Positions 58,398 to 64,000 of a DNA stretch of 64,000 nucleotides are shown piece by piece. The stretch lies in contig CAXKVF010000074.1 in assembly GCA_964057225.1 (NCBI GenBank), forward strand, positions 1 through 64,000, in the 5' to 3' direction. Under the pieces are notes generated by a model, which made no database searches, had not been told where the DNA came from, and saw only the letters and a list, made by a program, of their open reading frames with translations. This stretch comes from Auanema rhodensis (lineage: Eukaryota; Animalia; Nematoda). Within the stretch, counting starts at the first letter, position 1. The number at the start of each line of letters is the position of its first letter. Made by a program: the position numbers and the translations under genes.

Positions 58398-61213
58398 CCA
58401 TATTAGTCTAAAAACAAATTTTTATTGATATTGGTGCATGGTAACCATGACTTTGAAATTTACGTGAACTTTAATTTATGCTAATTAAATGTACACGTGA
58501 TGTGCACTTGGTATGTAACTCGCTTCACGTGAAAGATAAAGAGATGCGGTTTTCAAAATTAGATTCCCCATGTCCATATTAAACTAAAAACAAATTTTTA
58601 TTGATATTGGTTCATGGTAACCATGACTTTGAAATTTACGTGAACTTTAATTTATGCTAATTAAATGTACACGTGATGTGCACTTGGTATGTAACTCGCT
58701 TCACGTGAAAGATAAAGAGATGCGGTTTTCAAAATTAGATTCCCCATGTCCATATTAGTCTAAAAACAAATTTTTATTGATATTGGTGCATGGTAACCAT
58801 GACTTTGAAATTTACGTGAACTTTAATTTATGCTAATTAAATGTACACGTGATGTGCACTTGGTATGTAACTCGCTTCACGTGAAAGATAAAGAGATGCG
58901 GTTTTCAAAATTAGATTCCCCATGTCCATATTAGTCTAAAAACAAATTTTTATTGATATTGCTTCATGGTAACCATGACTTTGAAATTTACGTGAACTTT
59001 AATTTATGCTAATTAAATGTACACGTGATGTGCACTTGGTATGTAACTCGCTTCACGTGAAAGATAAAGAGATGCGGTTTTCAAAATTAGATTCCCCATG
59101 TCCATATTAGTCTAAAAACAAATTTTTATTGATATTGGTGCATGGTAACCATGACTTTGAAATTTACGTGAACCTTAATTTATGCTAATTAAATGTACAC
59201 GTGATGTGCACTTGGTATGTAACTCGCTTCACGTGAAAGATAAAGAGATGCGGTTTTCAAAATTAGATTCCCCATGTCCATATTAGTCTAAAAACAAATT
59301 TTTATTGATATTGGTTCATGGTAACCATGACTTTGAAATTTACGTGAACTTTAATTTATGCTAATTAAATGTACACGTGATGTGCACTTGGTATGTAACT
59401 CGCTTCACGTGAAAGATAAAGAGATGCGGTTTTCAAAATTAGATTCCCCATGTCCATATTAGTCTAAAAACAAATTTTTATTGATATTGGTGCATGGTAA
59501 CCATGACTTTGAAATTTACGTGAACTTTAATTTATGCTAATTAAATGTACACGTGATGTGCACTTGGTATGTAACTCGCTTCACGTGAAAGATAAAGAGA
59601 TGCGGTTTTCAAAATTAGATTCCCCATGTCCATATTAGTCTAAAAACAAATTTTTATTGATATTGCTTCATGGTAACCATGACTTTGAAATTTACGTGAA
59701 CTTTAATTTATGCTAATTAAATGTACACGTGATGTGCACTTGGTATGTAACTCGCTTCACGTGAAAGATGAAGAGATGCGGTTTTCAAAATTAGATTCCC
59801 CATGTCCATATTAGTCTAAAAACAAATTTTTATTGATATTGGTGCATGGTAACCATGACTTTGAAATTTACGTGAACTTTAATTTATGCTAATTAAATGT
59901 ACACGTGATGTGCACTTGGTATGTAACTCGCTTCACGTGAAAGATAAAGAGATGCGGTTTTCAAAATTAGATTCCCCATGTCCATATTAAACTAAAAACA
60001 AATTTTTATTGATATTGGTTCATGGTAACCATGACTTTGAAATTTACGTGAACTTTAATTTATGCTAATTAAATGTACACGTGATGTGCACTTGGTATGT
60101 AACTCGCTTCACGTGAAAGATAAAGAGATGCGGTTTTCAAAATTAGATTCCCCATGTCCATATTAGTCTAAAAACAAATTTTTATTGATATTGGTGCATG
60201 GTAACCATGACTTTGAAATTTACGTGAACTTTAATTTATGCTAATTAAATGTACACGTGATGTGCACTTGGTATGTAACTCGCTTCACGTGAAAGATAAA
60301 GAGATGCGGTTTTCAAAATTAGATTCCCCATGTCCATATTAGTCTAAAAACAAATTTTTATTGATATTGCTTCATGGTAACCATGACTTTGAAATTTACG
60401 TGAACTTTAATTTATGCTAATTAAATGTACACGTGATGTGCACTTGGTATGTAACTCGCTTCACGTGAAAGATAAAGAGATGCGGTTTTCAAAATTAGAT
60501 TCCCCATGTCCATATTAGTCTAAAAACAAATTTTTATTGATATTGGTGCATGGTAACCATGACTTTGAAATTTACGTGAACCTTAATTTATGCTAATTAA
60601 ATGTACACGTGATGTGCACTTGGTATGTAACTCGCTTCACGTGAAAGATAAAGAGATGCGGTTTTCAAAATTAGATTCCCCATGTCCATATTAGTCTAAA
60701 AACAAATTTTTATTGATATTGGTTCATGGTAACCATGACTTTGAAATTTACGTGAACTTTAATTTATGCTAATTAAATGTACACGTGATGTGCACTTGGT
60801 ATGTAACTCGCTTCACGTGAAAGATAAAGAGATGCGGTTTTCAAAATTAGATTCCCCATGTCCATATTAGTCTAAAAACAAATTTTTATTGATATTGGTG
60901 CATGGTAACCATGACTTTGAAATTTACGTGAACTTTAATTTATGCTAATTAAATGTACACGTGATGTGCACTTGGTATGTAACTCGCTTCACGTGAAAGA
61001 TAAAGAGATGCGGTTTTCAAAATTAGATTCCCCATGTCCATATTAGTCTAAAAACAAATTTTTATTGATATTGCTTCATGGTAACCATGACTTTGAAATT
61101 TACGTGAACTTTAATTTATGCTAATTAAATGTACACGTGATGTGCACTTGGTATGTAACTCGCTTCACGTGAAAGATAAAGAGATGCGGTTTTCAAAATT
61201 AGATTCCCCATGT
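58398..61213 (+). repeat. 8-monomer tandem higher-order repeat, two copies
   Basis: TTAAACT monomers start at 58574 and 59982, and AACCTT variants lie at 59174 and 60582; both pairs are 1408 bp (8 x 176) apart with the same intervening GGTTC/GCTTC pattern. Confidence 0.85.
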
Positions 61214-64000
61214 CCATATTAGTCTAAAAACAAATTTTTATTGATATTGGTGCATGGTAACCATGACTTTGAAATTTACGTGAACCTTAATTTATGCTAA
61301 TTAAATGTACACGTGATGTGCACTTGGTATGTAACTCGCTTCACGTGAAAGATAAAGAGATGCGGTTTTCAAAATTAGATTCCCCATGTCCATATTAGTC
61401 TACAAACAAATTTTTATTGATATTGGTTCATGGTAACCATGACTTTGAAATTTACGTGAACTTTAATTTATGCTAATTAAATGTACACGTGATGTGCACT
61501 TGGTATGTAACTCGCTTCACGTGAAAGATAAAGAGATGCGGTTTTCAAAATTAGATTCCCCATGTCCATATTAGTCTAAAAACAAATTTTTATTGATATT
61601 GGTGCATGGTAACCATGACTTTGAAATTTACGTGAACTTTAATTTATGCTAATTAAATGTACACGTGATGTGCACTTGGTATGTAACTCGCTTCACGTGA
61701 AAGATAAAGAGATGCGGTTTTCAAAATTAGATTCCCCATGTCCATATTAGTCTAAAAACAAATTTTTATTGATATTGGTGCATGGTAACCATGACTTTGA
61801 AATTTACGTGAACTTTAATTTATGCTAATTAAATGTACACGTGATGTGCACTCGGTATGTAACTCGCTTCACGTGAAAGATGAAGAGATGCGGTTTTCAA
61901 AATTAGATTCCCCATGTCCATATTAGTCTAAAAACAAATTTTTATTGATATTGGTGCATGGTAACCATGACTTTGAAATTTACGTGAACTTTAATTTATG
62001 CTAATTAAATGTACACGTGATGTGCACTTGGTATGTAACTCGCTTCACGTGAAAGATAAAGAGATGCGGTTTTCAAAATTAGATTCCCCATGTCCATATT
62101 AGTCTAAAAACAAATTTTTATTGATATTGGTTCATGGTAACCATGACTTTGAAATTTACGTGAACTTTAATTTATGCTAATTAAATGTACACGTGATGTG
62201 CACTTGGTATGTAACTCGCTTCACGTGAAAGATAAAGAGATGCGGTTTTCAAAATTAGATTCCCCATGTCCATATTAGTCTAAAAACAAATTTTTATTGA
62301 TATTGGTGCATGGTAACCATGACTTTGAAATTTACGTGAACTTTAATTTATGCTAATTAAATGTACACGTGATGTGCACTTGGTATGTAACTCGCTTCAC
62401 GTGAAAGATGAAGAGATGCGGTTTTCAAAATTAGATTCCCCATGTCCATATTAGTCTAAAAACAAATTTTTATTGATATTGGTGCATGGTAACCATGACT
62501 TTGAAATTTACGTGAACTTTAATTTATGCTAATTAAATGTACACGTGATGTGCACTTGGTATGTAACTCGCTTCACGTGAAAGATAAAGAGATGCGGTTT
62601 TCAAAATTAGATTCCCCATGTCCATATTAGTCTAAAAACAAATTTTTATTGATATTGGTGCATGGTAACCATGACTTTGAAATTTACGTGAACTTTAATT
62701 TATGCTAATTAAATGTACACGTGATGTGCACTTGGTATGTAACTCGCTTCACGTGGAAGATAAAGAGATGCGGTTTTCAAAATTAGATTCCCCATGTCCA
62801 TATTAGTCTAAAAACAAATTTTATTGATATTGGTGCATGGTAACCATGACTTTGAAATTTACGTGAACTTTAATTTATGCTAATTAAATGTACACGTGAT
62901 GTGCACTTGGTATGTAACTCGCTTCACGTGAAAGATAAAGAGATGCGGTTTTCAAAATTAGATTCCCCATGTCCATATTAGTCTAAAAACAAATTTTATT
63001 GATATTGGTGCATGGTAACCATGACTTTGAAATTTACGTGAACTTTAATTTATGCTAATTAAATGTACACGTGATGTGCACTTGGTATGTAACTCGCTTC
63101 ACGTGAAAGATGAAGAGATGCGGTTTTCAAAATTAGATTCCCCATGTCCATATTAGTCTGAAAACAAATTTTTATTGATATTGGTGCATGGTAACCATGA
63201 CTTTGAAATTTACGTGAACTTTAATTTATGCTAATTAAATGTACACGTGATGTGCACTTGGTATGTAACTCGCTTCACGTGAAAGATAAAGAGATGCGGT
63301 TTTCAAAATTAGATTCCCCATGTTCATATTAGTCTAAAAACAAATTTTTATTGATATTGGTGCATGGTAACCATGACTTTGAAATTTACGTGAACTTTAA
63401 TTTATGCTAATTAAATGTACACGTGATGTGCACTTGGTATGTAACTCGCTTCACGTGAAAGATAAAGAGATGCGGTTTTCAAAATTAGATTCCCCATGTC
63501 CATATTAGGCTAAAAACAAATTTTTATTGATATTGGTGCATGGTAACCATGACTTTGAAATTTACGTGAACTTTAATTTATGCTAATTAAATGTACACGT
63601 GATGTGCACTTGGTATGTAACTCGCTTCACGTGAAAGATAAAGAGATGCGGTTTCAAAATTAGATTCCCCATGTCCATATTAGTCTACAAACAAATTTTT
63701 ATTGATATTGGTTCATGGTAACCATGACTTTGAAATTTACGTGAACTTTAATTTATGCTAATTAAATGTACACGTGATGTGCACTTGGTATGTAACTCGC
63801 TTCACGACGTGAAAGATAAAGAGATGCGGTTTTCAAAATTAGATTCCCCATGTCCATATTAGTCTAAAAACAAATTTTTATTGATATTGGTGCATGGTAA
63901 CCATGACTTTGAAATTTACGTGAACTTTAATTTATGCTAATTAAATGTACACGTGATGTGCACTTGGTATGTAACTCGCTTCACGTGAAAGATGAAGAGA

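Larger units (their letters stand above)
1..64000. repeat. Tandem satellite DNA array, 176-bp monomer, about 364 copies, head-to-tail, running off both window edges (centromeric/pericentromeric-like)
   Basis: The same 176-nt unit recurs continuously (e.g. CATATTAGTC at 19861 and 20741, 880 bp = 5 x 176). Most monomers differ from consensus by 0-3 bases. No unique sequence is seen. The centromeric-like label is an inference from monomer length, AT-richness and homogeneity. Confidence 0.99.

Noticed and set aside
1-64000. CRISPR array or other repeat-spacer system
   Set aside because: There are no variable spacers. The whole 176 bp is repeated, and there are no cas genes or leader.
1-64000. 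Identity with known ~176-178-bp satellites (Brassica CentBr, honey-bee AluI repeat, Arabidopsis CEN178)
   Set aside because: Only the length matches. The monomer has no AGCT or AAGCTT site, which those restriction-defined families carry, and I recognise no similarity. BLAST is needed for a definitive answer.
1-64000. Transposon insertion, inversion or telomeric repeat within the array
   Set aside because: The register and orientation of the monomer are maintained throughout, and no foreign sequence was seen.

Overview
The whole 64 kb window is one uninterrupted, single-orientation, head-to-tail satellite array of about 364 copies of a 176-bp AT-rich monomer (57/176 G+C, about 32%). Consensus, as at 24081-24256: CCATATTAGTCTAAAAACAAATTTTTATTGATATTGGTGCATGGTAACCATGACTTTGAAATTTACGTGAACTTTAATTTATGCTAATTAAATGTACACGTGATGTGCACTTGGTATGTAACTCGCTTCACGTGAAAGATAAAGAGATGCGGTTTTCAAAATTAGATTCCCCATGT. 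I see no genes, RNA genes, transposon insertions, CRISPR spacers or inversions, and all six frames hit stop codons within the first 31 nt of the monomer. It looks like a eukaryotic centromeric or pericentromeric satellite, but I cannot assign a species or family. The informative structure lies at two scales. (1) The monomer is tiled with short dyad symmetries and has three ACGTGA cores spaced 33 and 32 bp apart. (2) Rare substitutions act as a barcode showing nested, irregular higher-order duplications (3-, 4-, 6-, 8-, 10-, 13/15-, 28- and 34-monomer offsets), blocks repeated 134-155 monomers apart, and region-private variants. About 5-17 kb is substitution-poor but rich in homopolymer indels, which suggests an assembly artefact. 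I found no evidence of a novel protein-coding or defence system. All variant mapping was done by eye.
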